DNA of 64,000 nucleotides from a virus: positions 65,792 through 129,791 of IMG/VR virus record IMGVR_UViG_3300045988_056908. One strand, 5' to 3'. Below the pieces are notes generated by a model that saw nothing but the letters and a program-made list of their open reading frames with translations, did not search any database and was not told where the DNA came from. Position 1 is the first letter of the stretch; each line of letters opens with the position of its first letter. The translations under genes and the position numbers were made by a program. Below, one piece after another: positions 28,979 to 37,834 of this stretch.

Positions 28979-29389
28979 TTATACTACTTTAAGATGGCAA
29001 TAAATACTAAATTCTGGAATTGGAATCCAAGTTGCAATACCATTGCTATCTACTGGTTTACCCTTGTTGATTGTACAAATAGTGATATGAGGTTTAGCAT
29101 TTGCACAAGGCAGATATTGGTCTCCCAATTCTACTCCAAAAGCTATTGCTTTCTCAGAAATCCCTATTTTGTTTACAATTAATCGAAAATTACCATCTAT
29201 ACGATATTGTAGGTCATTAGCCATCTTTTCTTCATGTTGATTTTTATGGAGAAGAGTGCAATGATCTAAATAAATAGTACTTCCTCTTTGGAACACCAGA
29301 TTGCAAATAATGGGATTTCCAATGATAACTTGCATAAGTTTGTTTCTAGTTGGTTCATCTAAGAACAATCCAAAATACTGATAATTCAT
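28979..29389 (-). CDS. 2H phosphoesterase superfamily protein (LigT-like)
   Basis: Two H-x-T/S-x motifs: LDHCTLL and KPHITICT, in a 136-aa protein. Confidence 0.55.
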   Translation of the reverse strand: MNYQYFGLFLDEPTRNKLMQVIIGNPIICNLVFQRGSTIYLDHCTLLHKNQHEEKMANDLQYRIDGNFRLIVNKIGISEKAIAFGVELGDQYLPCANAKPHITICTINKGKPVDSNGIATWIPIPEFSIYCHLKVV

Positions 29390-29527
29390 AAGTTTTATTT
29401 TTTAATTATTTGAAATCAGACCTCATATCCGTTCCATGGAGCGCAATATAAGCCGACTATACTCGTGGCAACCTATATTACTTGATATGTCTTTTCGGTT
29501 GTACTACTTTCTCCGTATCTGATTATG

Positions 29528-29596
29528 TGAACCTATTGGGACTTGAACCCAAATCTAGCCAACGCGTCTAGACCTTTATTCCAATTAGGTAGGCTC
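29528..29596 (-). pseudogene. degenerate tRNA-like element (9-nt anticodon loop, poor D-arm)
   Basis: GAGCCTACC...TCTAG ACGCGTTGG CTAGA...TTGGGTTCAAGTCCCAATAGGTTCA. The acceptor pairs with a G3-U70, but the cloverleaf is non-canonical. Confidence 0.3.
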
Positions 29597-29601
29597 AAGT
29601 G

Positions 29602-29676
29602 TGGACCTAGAGGGCTTTGAACCCCCGACCTTCTGATTATGAGTCAGCTGCTCTGACCGGACTGAGCTATAGGTCC
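29602..29676 (-). tRNA. tRNA-Met/Ile2(CAU), second CAU tRNA
   Basis: Perfect acceptor GGACCTA/TAGGTCC; D-arm TAGCTCAGTCCGGTCAGAGC; anticodon loop CTCATAA; T-arm GGGGGTTCAAAGCCCTC. Confidence 0.7.
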
Positions 29677-29682
29677 TAAATA

Positions 29683-29892
29683 TTATTCGTATGCACTTAT
29701 TGATTTGCATTCAAATATTACTGTCTTCCCTAGAACATCACTTGGTTTTATATTAAACTTAGCAAATTCCAGCATCAACTTTTCCATTTCTTCTACAGAA
29801 TGTGTTTCTCCTATGATACTTTTTCTATCTATAGAAGTTTGAAAATTGGCAAACAATTCTGTAACTAAACAACTATTAATTATTACTCTCAT
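29683..29892 (-). CDS. small hypothetical protein
   Basis: 69-aa ORF. Confidence 0.4.
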   Translation of the reverse strand: MRVIINSCLVTELFANFQTSIDRKSIIGETHSVEEMEKLMLEFAKFNIKPSDVLGKTVIFECKSISAYE

Positions 29893-30048
29893 TTCTTACT
29901 ATTATTTGTTCTTCTGGTTTTAACTTTTCTGCTGCATCAGAGTGTAACTTACCACACCTAACACACCAACAAACTCCGAATGAATTTTCCCGGACTTTAC
30001 ATTTACCTTTGTCACAAAACTTGACAACCTTTCTATAATCTTCTGGCT

Positions 30049-30375
30049 TCATAATTTAGAACGTATATCGTTAATTAACGCTTGAATCATATGAGTTTGT
30101 TCTCTCCATTTGTAATGAAATTCAAGACTGTTAGACTCTTCTTCGGTTAATGGAATATGAAATAATATTTTATGGTATATATTCTTAAACCATTTCCTCT
30201 CAAGCTTCCTACTTTCCTTAGTTCCTACCTCATATCCTCTCTTAGATTTACGGTTCTTAGAACGACCACGTGCCCAACCAAATTGTTTGCCATCATTCAC
30301 CCATTTCCAGTCGGCTCTGGCTTCTTTTTGCCTAAGCCTCTTGTTAATGATATTAATCTTTTCTATCTCTTCCAT
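30049..30375 (-). CDS. hypothetical basic protein (start trimmed to the internal Met to avoid the tRNA)
   Basis: Listed ORF 30049..30447 overlaps tRNA-Gln. Internal start MEEIEKINIINKRL. Confidence 0.45.
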   Translation of the reverse strand: MEEIEKINIINKRLRQKEARADWKWVNDGKQFGWARGRSKNRKSKRGYEVGTKESRKLERKWFKNIYHKILFHIPLTEEESNSLEFHYKWREQTHMIQALINDIRSKL

Positions 30376-30389
30376 ATTTGTTAATTTTG

Positions 30390-30461
30390 TTGGGCTACTA
30401 GGACTCGAACCTGGACTCTCAGAACCAAAATCTGATGTGACTACCATTACACCATAGCCCA
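30390..30461 (-). tRNA. tRNA-Gln(UUG)
   Basis: Acceptor TGGGCTA/TAGCCCA; D-arm TGGTGTAATGGTAGTCAC; anticodon stem TCAGA/TCTGA with loop TTTTGGT; T-arm CCAGGTTCGAGTCCTAG. Confidence 0.75.
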
Positions 30462-30524
30462 GTTTAACTTAACTATTCTCTCGAACCGTTAAGCCCATAT
30501 TTACCATGAAAAACACACAATGCG

Positions 30525-30601
30525 TGGGACGAGGCAGGATCGAACTGCCGCTATCGTCCTGGATTTTCAGTCCAGCGCTCTACCAACTGAGCTATCGTCC
30601 C
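30525..30601 (-). tRNA. tRNA-Phe(GAA)
   Basis: Acceptor GGGACGA/TCGTCCC; D-arm TAGCTCAGTTGGTAGAGC; anticodon stem CTGGA/TCCAG with loop CTGAAAA; T-arm GGCAGTTCGATCCTGCC. Confidence 0.8.
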
Positions 30602-30607
30602 ATGTAA

Positions 30608-30847
30608 TCAGATACTCAAATCTAATACATTTTTGTTCCACCAGTTAGTTAAATCTTGTAAAGAAAACTTAAATTCTTCCTCAAACTTTTCTACTGGAAC
30701 AGTTTCATCTCCTAATTCTATTGCCCATCTCCAGCAAGCTTCTGTTTCTGCTACGTCAATAGGTTCCTCCATTAGCCAAGTATCATCCATAAGTAAGTCA
30801 AGAAATGGCTTATGAAGGGACTTAAATATTTCAATTCTTTCTTCCAT
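30608..30847 (-). CDS. hypothetical acidic protein
   Basis: 79-aa ORF. Confidence 0.45.
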   Translation of the reverse strand: MEERIEIFKSLHKPFLDLLMDDTWLMEEPIDVAETEACWRWAIELGDETVPVEKFEEEFKFSLQDLTNWWNKNVLDLSI

Positions 30848-30863
30848 AACACATTTTATTAAG

Positions 30864-30948
30864 CGGAGGCAGCTGGATTCGAACCAGCGGGACCCGAAGG
30901 CCCTCCGTCTTAGCAGGACGGTGGTTTAAGCCACTCACCCATACCTCC
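30864..30948 (-). tRNA. tRNA-Ser(GCU), type II
   Basis: Anticodon stem CCGTC/GACGG with loop CTGCTAA; long variable arm GGGCCTTCGGGTCCC; T-arm GCTGGTTCGAATCCAGC. Confidence 0.8.
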
Positions 30949-31010
30949 AGATTGCAAAGGGGCTTTTGTTATACTTTACTATTGAAATTGTAAAGCCCCT
31001 TCGCTGTGAA

Positions 31011-32984
31011 TTACTTCACTTCTTCAAACTCAGTTGTTTCAGCTTTCTTCTCCTCCAACTCTTTCTTGCCGAGAACACTTTTCAGTGTATCAGCGAAAGG
31101 TATAGAGCGAAGCAAGTCGAACGCAGGATTCAAGTTCTCAGCAGTTTTAGCCATGAAGTTACCAGCGGTATTCTCGTTACCATAAACAGTAACCTGTCCA
31201 AGGTGAACGTGTTCAAACATCTGAGCAGATGCTTCTGCAATACCTGTCAACTGGTCAACTGTCTTGTACTGAACCACCATTTCCGGAGTCAAGCCAGATT
31301 CAATCATCTTCTGGACTGCCAGAGCAGGAGCCATTTCAATAGCCTGGACTTTATCAGCCTCAGCCATCAAAGATGCTCTCTTACCCTCAGCTTCAGCAAG
31401 CAGTTTCTTTCTTGTACCTTCAGCTTCGGCTTCTAGCTGCAACTTTGTAGCATTTGCTTTAGCCTCCGCTTCTTTCAGAATTTCAGCAGCCTTAGCTTCT
31501 GCTTCAAGTACAGCTTTCTGCTTAACAGCTTCTGCCTCAATCGTAATACGTTCCTTCTCCTTTTGAGCAGGAACAATCGTCTCAGCATGAAGCTTAGCTT
31601 CCATAGCCAATGCAGCTGCTTCATTTACTTCCAGTTGCTTTTCTTGCTTAGTTTTCTCGATAGTCATTTGAGCTTCTACCTTAGAAGTTCCTGCTACCTT
31701 TTCAGCTTCAGCCTTAGCTTTCTCGGCTTCTCCCTTAGCTTTAGAGACTTCAATCGTGGCATTTTGTTCTGCCACTCCTGCAATCTTATCAGCTTCGGCT
31801 GCCTTTACACGCTTGTCTGACTCATACTTAGCAACTGCAGCTTCCTGTTCGTTAATTGCCTTTTGCGTCTCAGCTTCCTGTTTTTGCTTAGCCTGAGCAA
31901 TACGAGTTTGTTTCTCTGCTTCTGCTTCTGCTTTCTTAGAGTCAGCTTCTGCTTTAGCCTTAGCTACATTAGCCTCAGCCAGTGATTCAGACTCTGCTCT
32001 ATTAGAATCGGCTTCTGCTTGAGCTTTAGCTATAGCTGAAATTTTCTCAGCTTCTGCTTTAGCTTTCTCCGATTCCGCTGCAGTATTAGCTTTAGCAATA
32101 TTGGCAGCTTGCTCAGCTTTCTGATTAGCAATACCTGATTGCTTATTCTTCTCAGCTTCTGCAAGTTTGATTTCCTTCTCCTGGTTAATCTCTGCCACAC
32201 GAACCTCTTGCTCTTGTCTAGTCTGAGCAACAGTAGTTTCACGCTCTTTCTCAGCGTCTGCTACAGCAATTTCACGTTGCTTGTTGGTTTCTGCAATCTG
32301 AATATCTCCTTTCTTCTTCTCTTCTGCAATATCAGCCTGTGCCTGAGCAAGAGCTTTAGTTGCAGCTTTCTGACCTAGATTCTTGATATAGTTTGCATCA
32401 TCCGAAATATCAGCATTGTTAATGTTGATAATACTGAAACCTACCTTATTCAACTCGGTCTCAATATTCTCCTTAGCTTTGCCGATAAACTTGATTCTAT
32501 CAGCGTTAATTTCCTCAATCGTCATCGTAGCCATCAAGCTTCTCACTTCACCAATGAGAATATCCTTGATTTGGTCTGAGATTTCAGAAGTTTTAGCTGT
32601 TAAGAATCTGCTTGCAGCATTTTGCATTAATGTTTGAGTAGTTCCAATACCAGTGGTCAATGTTACAGGAATAGTTACCTTAATCATTTGACTGGAAACA
32701 CCAGTAACATTTACTTGAATTTGGATAGGTTTCAAAGACATTTTAGCCCAGTCTTGAATTACTGGCATTACGAATGTACCTCCACCATGAATGATTTTGG
32801 ACGGCAGAATAACTTCCTCAGGCTTTCCAGTCTTCTCGTTAACTACTTTTTTCTTACCAGCCTTACCAAACACAACCAAGATTTCATCACTAGCACACTT
32901 ACGATACCGTGACAAAAGTCCAATAAAGGTTAAAACTACTAGCAATACAATAACACCTGCTACAATAAGAGTTTCTGTTGTCAT
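31011..32984 (-). CDS. flotillin-like SPFH/band-7 protein with a long Ala/Glu/Lys-rich coiled-coil C-terminus
   Basis: N-terminal TM helix and an SPFH-like region (ILVVFGKAGKK...VVQYKTVDQL). About 400 aa of AEAEKxK coiled-coil repeats. Follows an NfeD-like gene, as in bacterial nfeD-floT operons. Confidence 0.7.
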   Translation of the reverse strand: MTTETLIVAGVIVLLVVLTFIGLLSRYRKCASDEILVVFGKAGKKKVVNEKTGKPEEVILPSKIIHGGGTFVMPVIQDWAKMSLKPIQIQVNVTGVSSQMIKVTIPVTLTTGIGTTQTLMQNAASRFLTAKTSEISDQIKDILIGEVRSLMATMTIEEINADRIKFIGKAKENIETELNKVGFSIININNADISDDANYIKNLGQKAATKALAQAQADIAEEKKKGDIQIAETNKQREIAVADAEKERETTVAQTRQEQEVRVAEINQEKEIKLAEAEKNKQSGIANQKAEQAANIAKANTAAESEKAKAEAEKISAIAKAQAEADSNRAESESLAEANVAKAKAEADSKKAEAEAEKQTRIAQAKQKQEAETQKAINEQEAAVAKYESDKRVKAAEADKIAGVAEQNATIEVSKAKGEAEKAKAEAEKVAGTSKVEAQMTIEKTKQEKQLEVNEAAALAMEAKLHAETIVPAQKEKERITIEAEAVKQKAVLEAEAKAAEILKEAEAKANATKLQLEAEAEGTRKKLLAEAEGKRASLMAEADKVQAIEMAPALAVQKMIESGLTPEMVVQYKTVDQLTGIAEASAQMFEHVHLGQVTVYGNENTAGNFMAKTAENLNPAFDLLRSIPFADTLKSVLGKKELEEKKAETTEFEEVK

Positions 32985-33002
32985 CTTTTAAAAATTCTTT
33001 TT

Positions 33003-33521
33003 TTAGTTAAAATAATACTTTCCATTCTCAAATTTAGAAATTACCACACGAGTACCAACCATATATCCCATTTTTGGGACTTCTGGATAGGCTACAATTT
33101 CCTCAGAACCTCCATTTACTTCAATAGTAATGAAGAAATGGTTTTCACAAGGAACTGTGATAATTCCAACCCTTCCAATCAAGGCTTCGCCCTCTTCTGG
33201 AATAACTTGATGCTGGAGTTTTAAACAGAATTTATATAAGTAGTAAAGTATAACCACGAAAAGAATACCGCATACTAATGCGATTAGATAATCATACCAT
33301 TCTACAGAATGGGATACGGATTGCTTAACACAAAGCCATCCACTAGCTCCCATTATAAAATGGATTAATCCCTTAAATGAGACAATATCACTCACGTTCA
33401 TATCTAGTTCTCCATCTAAATCAACATCTAAGTCAGTGTCTCCACCAAACCAAGATAAAATGAATTGAACTAGAAAAATGCCATATGAAATGGCTGCCAA
33501 AAGATAATACACTTCACTCAT
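33003..33521 (-). CDS. NfeD-like membrane protein (OB-fold C-terminus)
   Basis: Multiple TM helices followed by GRVGIITV...IEVNGGSEEIVAY beta-barrel-like tail. Immediately upstream of the flotillin-like gene. Confidence 0.6.
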   Translation of the reverse strand: MSEVYYLLAAISYGIFLVQFILSWFGGDTDLDVDLDGELDMNVSDIVSFKGLIHFIMGASGWLCVKQSVSHSVEWYDYLIALVCGILFVVILYYLYKFCLKLQHQVIPEEGEALIGRVGIITVPCENHFFITIEVNGGSEEIVAYPEVPKMGYMVGTRVVISKFENGKYYFN

Positions 33522-33745
33522 CTCTTACAATATTTACAATCTGGGTCATGAACTACTCCGGAAATCTTATACTGTCCAAATCCTTCAACAAACTTAATGT
33601 ACTGATGATTCTTGTACTTGAAGTGAACTGCGTTATCAAACGGAATAATCCCGTCTGGAGCGCTCATAGTCGCTTTTGACTCTGGTACTGGACCACAGCT
33701 ATATAGCAACATAAGCCCCAATAAAACAATTACTAATCTTTTCAC
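33518..33745 (-). CDS. small lipoprotein
   Basis: MKRLVIVLLGLMLLYSCG: signal peptide with lipobox. Confidence 0.5.
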   Translation of the reverse strand: MKRLVIVLLGLMLLYSCGPVPESKATMSAPDGIIPFDNAVHFKYKNHQYIKFVEGFGQYKISGVVHDPDCKYCKR

Positions 33746-33768
33746 AATCTAATTTATTAATTAAATAG

Positions 33769-33842
33769 CACGCCCGCTAGGATTCGAACCTAGGAATAAT
33801 AGTTTTGGAGACTATCCTCTTAAACCACTTGAGTACGGACGT
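33769..33842 (-). tRNA. tRNA-Trp(CCA)
   Basis: Acceptor ACGTCCG/CGGGCGT; anticodon stem ATAGT/ACTAT with loop CTCCAAA; T-arm CTAGGTTCGAATCCTAG. Confidence 0.75.
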
Positions 33843-33847
33843 ATTTG

Positions 33848-33937
33848 CGGAAGGACAGGGATTCGAACCCTGGGGACGCTCATCACGCCCGACGGTTTTC
33901 AAGACCGTTGCAATAAGCCTGACTCTGCCACCCTTCC
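33848..33937 (-). tRNA. tRNA-Ser(UGA), type II
   Basis: Anticodon stem ACGGT/ACCGT with loop CTTGAAA; long variable arm; T-arm CAGGGTTCGAATCCCTG. Confidence 0.8.
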
Positions 33938-34032
33938 AAAAGCTAGTCTTATGACTAGCCAAAAATCATACCAAGAAGCAATATTACACAGAATATAGCT
34001 AGAATACACCAGCCTATAGCCTGGATTGCTCC

Positions 34033-34512
34033 TCAGCCAAATATACAAATCATTGAAGATATAAAGAATACAGCTCCTCCTACTACACTTATCCAACCTC
34101 CAGCATCTTCATCGTTTTTGGATAGTCTACCTCTACCAGTTAATAGCATAAATACTGATATTCCTAATAGTATGGTGCCTACTACAATTCCGGCTATCTC
34201 CTTATAGAGGAGTTTCCACACTACGATAGTTATTGCTGTTTGTCCTAGGTTGGATTCTGCTATTCTTATGGCTGAATCTTCAACTGCTTTTAAGGTTTCA
34301 TTGACTGCTACGCCAATTTCCTTACCAAGATTTGCATACTCAGAAACTTCCTTGATTTCACCCTTTATAGCTTTCTCTGTTGTTATCTTCTCAATTTGAG
34401 TTCTAGTATCGCTTGGCAACTTATCATAGTCTTCTTGTGATATAGTTATCTGAGAAAAAGCTGCTACGCTCATCCAGAGCATAGCAAGCATAAATACAAG
34501 GAACTTTTTCAT
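34033..34512 (-). CDS. membrane protein (signal peptide plus C-terminal TM helices)
   Basis: MKKFLVFMLAMLWMSVAAFSQ signal peptide; hydrophobic C-terminal third. Confidence 0.5.
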   Translation of the reverse strand: MKKFLVFMLAMLWMSVAAFSQITISQEDYDKLPSDTRTQIEKITTEKAIKGEIKEVSEYANLGKEIGVAVNETLKAVEDSAIRIAESNLGQTAITIVVWKLLYKEIAGIVVGTILLGISVFMLLTGRGRLSKNDEDAGGWISVVGGAVFFISSMICIFG

Positions 34513-35072
34513 TAGTCAAGCCATTCAAATTCTTCACCCTTGAAATGTCTTGCAAAACAAGCATCGAACACTAGCTTTCCAAACTGGGTTGATACGTATT
34601 TGGCAATTTCTTCAGATTTGCACGCTAGCATCCCGACATGGGAATAGGCACTGCCGACGCCATCGTAAGAATAGAAAAAGCCGAGACCCGCAATGCCGCC
34701 ATAAGACGCGCTGCCGCCTACCAACGCGAATTTCTCGCCCTGATAACGGAAGTGACCAATGACCTCTGCATCCTTCGGAACTGATTTCATTCTAAAGAAG
34801 CGAACCCAGGGATACCATATAGTACCAGTTAACAGATTGAACTTGTGACCTTCATTTAGCGCATCCAAGACTGTCTGCAACTTAGCTAGAGAATTTACAG
34901 ATCTATTGTAGTAAATAGTATCTCTAGTAACACACCCTAGATAGTTTACAGCATCCTCATAGGTTCTTATCCGTCCCATAATGTTTTCTGGAACGATTTC
35001 AACATTGCCAGTTTCGGCATTATAGATGGGTTTATAACCATCTGGACATTCAATTTCAATTGTCTTTTTCAT
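34512..35072 (-). CDS. remote DGR target protein (CLec-like variable C-terminal region)
   Basis: C-terminal LVGGSASYGGIAGLGFFYSYDGVGSAYSHVG parallels the tail-fibre VR LLVGGYASDGGNAGLGYFFSNRVVGFASSTVG. Its coding DNA matches TR 59740-59837 except mainly at TR adenines. Confidence 0.7.
   Translation of the reverse strand: MKKTIEIECPDGYKPIYNAETGNVEIVPENIMGRIRTYEDAVNYLGCVTRDTIYYNRSVNSLAKLQTVLDALNEGHKFNLLTGTIWYPWVRFFRMKSVPKDAEVIGHFRYQGEKFALVGGSASYGGIAGLGFFYSYDGVGSAYSHVGMLACKSEEIAKYVSTQFGKLVFDACFARHFKGEEFEWLD
34632..34729 (-). repeat. DGR variable repeat 2 (VR2)
   Basis: About 95 nt align to TR. 17 mismatches sit at TR adenines; 4 non-A mismatches cluster at the 3' end (IMH-like). A GC-rich island in an AT-rich genome. 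Confidence 0.7.
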
Positions 35073-35102
35073 TCGTTATAATATTTAATAAAACATGATT
35101 AG

Positions 35103-35176
35103 GGTGTTATAGCGGATTCGAACCGCTGACCTCTACAGCCACAATGTAGCGTTCTGACCAACTGAACTAATAACAC
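35103..35176 (-). tRNA. tRNA-His(GUG), with encoded G-1
   Basis: Acceptor GTGTTAT/ATAACAC; extra 5' G opposite discriminator C; anticodon stem CTACA/TGTAG with loop TTGTGGC; T-arm AGCGGTTCGAATCCGCT. Confidence 0.8.
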
Positions 35177-35183
35177 CATCAAA

Positions 35184-35642
35184 TTATTCGAATAGCGGCA
35201 GCAACTTCTTTCCTAGTATCTTCACCGCTTTCTGTACATCAGCTACAGTTCTAAAATAAACAACACCTGGATATTTTACGTTTTGATGCATAACGACGTA
35301 CACTCCTTTTATATCAGTTTCCGTCTTTCCAGATAGAGAAGAACCCCTTCCAAGGAAATAACCGCTGTTACTCTCTGTTTTATTCCAACCATTGTTTAAG
35401 TAATTAGCTACTATTTGTAGACAAATTAGAGACTTAGTTTGCTCTGATATCCCTAAAGGTAAAAATAGCACATCCCAATCCTTTTCAGATTCTAATATTT
35501 CTCCAAGAGAAGGGACTAGAACTTCTTCACTAAAAGCGGTAAGAGCTAATTTTTTCAAGTCTTCATTGCCACTCTCATACCATTTACGTGCCTGTTCTAA
35601 AGTTATTTCAAGGCAAGCTTTTGTTTTATTCATTTTATTCAT
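35184..35642 (-). CDS. hypothetical protein
   Basis: 152-aa ORF. Confidence 0.5.
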   Translation of the reverse strand: MNKMNKTKACLEITLEQARKWYESGNEDLKKLALTAFSEEVLVPSLGEILESEKDWDVLFLPLGISEQTKSLICLQIVANYLNNGWNKTESNSGYFLGRGSSLSGKTETDIKGVYVVMHQNVKYPGVVYFRTVADVQKAVKILGKKLLPLFE

Positions 35643-35643
35643 T

Positions 35644-35889
35644 TTATTTATTAGTTTTTAATGGACACCAATCTGGAATTAATACCCTTTCGTAAGGTCT
35701 TAACATTCCTTCAATTAGTTTATTCTCAGACTCCTTACAGAGCGCTTTCTCGTCGTCATCATTGAACCAGTCATTAGGATCTGGGTCAGGAACAATTAAG
35801 CAGTGCGGACATTCTCTACACTGCTTAATTTCTTTTTGAAATACTACACTAGTACCAGATTTCTGGTAAGTATCCTTCTCCGTACTCAT
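35644..35889 (-). CDS. hypothetical Cys-containing protein
   Basis: 81-aa ORF. Confidence 0.45.
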   Translation of the reverse strand: MSTEKDTYQKSGTSVVFQKEIKQCRECPHCLIVPDPDPNDWFNDDDEKALCKESENKLIEGMLRPYERVLIPDWCPLKTNK

Positions 35890-35895
35890 AATTTG

Positions 35896-36111
35896 TCATT
35901 TTGTAATTTCTTTAAATTCGTTTATAACTGTTTTTATAAATGGTTTAATACCAAATAATAGTATTACAATAACAAATATAGTATTTATTACTGGTAATGC
36001 CATTATTGCGAGTCTTCTAACTGTAACAAATCGTTCATTTACTGCCATATAAAAGCCAACTATGTACATGCTTATTATGTATATAAATGCTGAATATACA
36101 AATATCATCAT
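35896..36111 (-). CDS. small membrane protein
   Basis: 71-aa ORF with two TM helices. Confidence 0.45.
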   Translation of the reverse strand: MMIFVYSAFIYIISMYIVGFYMAVNERFVTVRRLAIMALPVINTIFVIVILLFGIKPFIKTVINEFKEITK

Positions 36112-36129
36112 AATATATTGAAATTAGTG

Positions 36130-36213
36130 TGGGATTGGGAGGACTCGAACCTCCAGTCTCAAAAGAGAGCAGATTTACAGTCTGCGCGGCTACCAATTAC
36201 CGGTTACAATCCC
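36130..36213 (-). tRNA. tRNA-Tyr(GUA), type II
   Basis: Acceptor GGGATTG/CAATCCC; anticodon stem GCAGA/TCTGC with loop CTGTAAA; long variable arm; T-arm GGAGGTTCGAGTCCTCC. Confidence 0.8.
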
Positions 36214-36426
36214 GAATCGACCTAGTAGAGAACCCTGGTTTCCTCATTTAAATATGACTAACCTATATGCAGTGGGTATACATATTTCTAAAATCCATAT
36301 CCTAGGTCTCGCTAATAGGGTTTTATTCATAGATAGATTGATAATAATCTATCCAATAGTCTGCCTGCATATCTTCGAAGATTTCTTTGAGTTCTTCATC
36401 AGATAGCCCTTCATATTTGTCTTCCA

Positions 36427-36798
36427 TTATATCTTTCTCCTATTAAATAGTCTAAAATATTCGTCAGAATATACGCTGCATAAGTCCTTATACTTTTTTG
36501 GCATAGGATAATCAAAGTCATCAAATGCAGACTCTTTAATAAATCCATCATGTAGAGCCATATTTGCTGTGGTAACAGCAATATTACAATTACGCTCCTT
36601 TCCCCAGTCAACAATGTTACTCATAACACTATTAAAGTATTCTGTATCATTATCTACTTGGAGATAGATTTCCACTCTGCAAATTGCAGGATTTTTGAAT
36701 CCTTGTCTACCTTGTCTAAGAGTTATCTTAGATACGAAATTCAAGTCTAGCAAATCTGCTATTCTATCCTTAGCTACAATTCTAGAAATTCTTATCAT
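36427..36798 (-). CDS. hypothetical protein
   Basis: 123-aa ORF. Confidence 0.5.
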   Translation of the reverse strand: MIRISRIVAKDRIADLLDLNFVSKITLRQGRQGFKNPAICRVEIYLQVDNDTEYFNSVMSNIVDWGKERNCNIAVTTANMALHDGFIKESAFDDFDYPMPKKYKDLCSVYSDEYFRLFNRRKI

Positions 36799-36825
36799 CT
36801 TTTGGTAAGTTATTTTACATAATTG

Positions 36826-36909
36826 TGGGATAGGTAGGATTCGAACCTACTAAGCCTAAAGGCAACGGATTTACAGTCCGTCCCAACTCTCCATCGTTGG
36901 CGCTATCCC
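36826..36909 (-). tRNA. tRNA-Tyr(GUA), second, divergent copy (type II)
   Basis: Acceptor GGGATAG/CTATCCC; anticodon stem ACGGA/TCCGT with loop CTGTAAA; long variable arm; T-arm GTAGGTTCGAATCCTAC. Confidence 0.7.
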
Positions 36910-37121
36910 ATAAAGCAATTAACAGATTTGTTCTAATTAACATAGCTACTACAATTCTTCCTCTTGGCACCCCAAGTCCTCTAGTAGCTAATAGCCGCAC
37001 TAGTGCGTGGTAACAATTTTAAGGGAACTCACCTCTGTTAATCGGAGTAATCAGGGATTCATCTAAAAGGCACCCTACAGTCCTAATTGCTGTACTAATA
37101 GTGAATGTTGATTACTTCTTG

Positions 37122-37194
37122 TCTGGATAGCAGGATTCGAACCTGCGGTCTCTACATCCCAAATGTAGCATCTTACCAACTCGACTATACCCAG
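37122..37194 (-). tRNA. tRNA-Pro(UGG)
   Basis: Acceptor CTGGGTA/TATCCAG; anticodon stem CTACA/TGTAG with loop TTTGGGA; T-arm GCAGGTTCGAATCCTGC. Confidence 0.7.
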
Positions 37195-37248
37195 ATGCAA
37201 ACACGTGTTTCACAACAAATGTTTACTAGCGGAATAAAAGAAAAAGAG

Positions 37249-37322
37249 TGACTCCGCCGAGATTCGAACTCGGGACCCCGATATTAAAAGTATCGTGCTC
37301 TAACCAACTGAGCTACGGAGTC
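37249..37322 (-). tRNA. tRNA-Lys(UUU)
   Basis: Acceptor GACTCCG/CGGAGTC; D-arm TAGCTCAGTTGGTTAGAGC; anticodon stem CGATA/TATCG with loop CTTTTAA; T-arm CCGAGTTCGAATCTCGG. Confidence 0.85.
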
Positions 37323-37423
37323 ATTAATTTAGCCTCACTATCGTAGGGCTATAAGCTCCCAACGTCTGACTGTTTACAGAAGGTTATTTCTCGAGCTAAT
37401 AACCTATTTGTATGGAATTGACC

Positions 37424-37684
37424 TTACCTATGATTCTCTCTATAATATACTCTATCACTATTTTTATTTTTAGATTTATAAGTATCCAACTGAGAATCGC
37501 AGTTAGGGCAAATGCATCTTAAATTATCTCTTCTATTGTTTGAAGCTTTTCCGTCTATGTGGTCAACTATAAACACTAATGGCTTTCCATTATGTTCTGG
37601 TTTACAACCACATATTGCACATATACCATCTTGTTCGTTAAGAATATCTTCTCTAAATATTGAAGGAGAGTAGTTGGCTCTCAT
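37424..37684 (-). CDS. HNH endonuclease (small, Zn-finger type)
   Basis: CAICGC...VDHIDG...N...CPNCD. Confidence 0.7.
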   Translation of the reverse strand: MRANYSPSIFREDILNEQDGICAICGCKPEHNGKPLVFIVDHIDGKASNNRRDNLRCICPNCDSQLDTYKSKNKNSDRVYYRENHR

Positions 37685-37834
37685 GATAGACTCGTCTCCC
37701 TCTAAAATTAGCTTATATTTTTGTTTATGTTGATATTCTAACTAGCAGACGTTGTTGCAATATTTATTTCTGTTGGGAATCTCCTTCCCACAATTTAAGC
37801 ACTATTTCATAAAGATTAAAATTAAATATTTAAG

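Noticed and set aside
31563-32912. Several plus-strand ORFs (31563.., 32139.., 32416.., 32634..) inside the flotillin gene
   Set aside because: Antisense frames of a low-complexity coiled-coil gene. No independent support.
33777-34096. Listed ORFs 33777..33962 and 33899..34096
   Set aside because: Both are translations across tRNA-Trp and tRNA-Ser(UGA) genes.
36815-37000. Listed 61-aa ORF
   Set aside because: Overlaps the second tRNA-Tyr.
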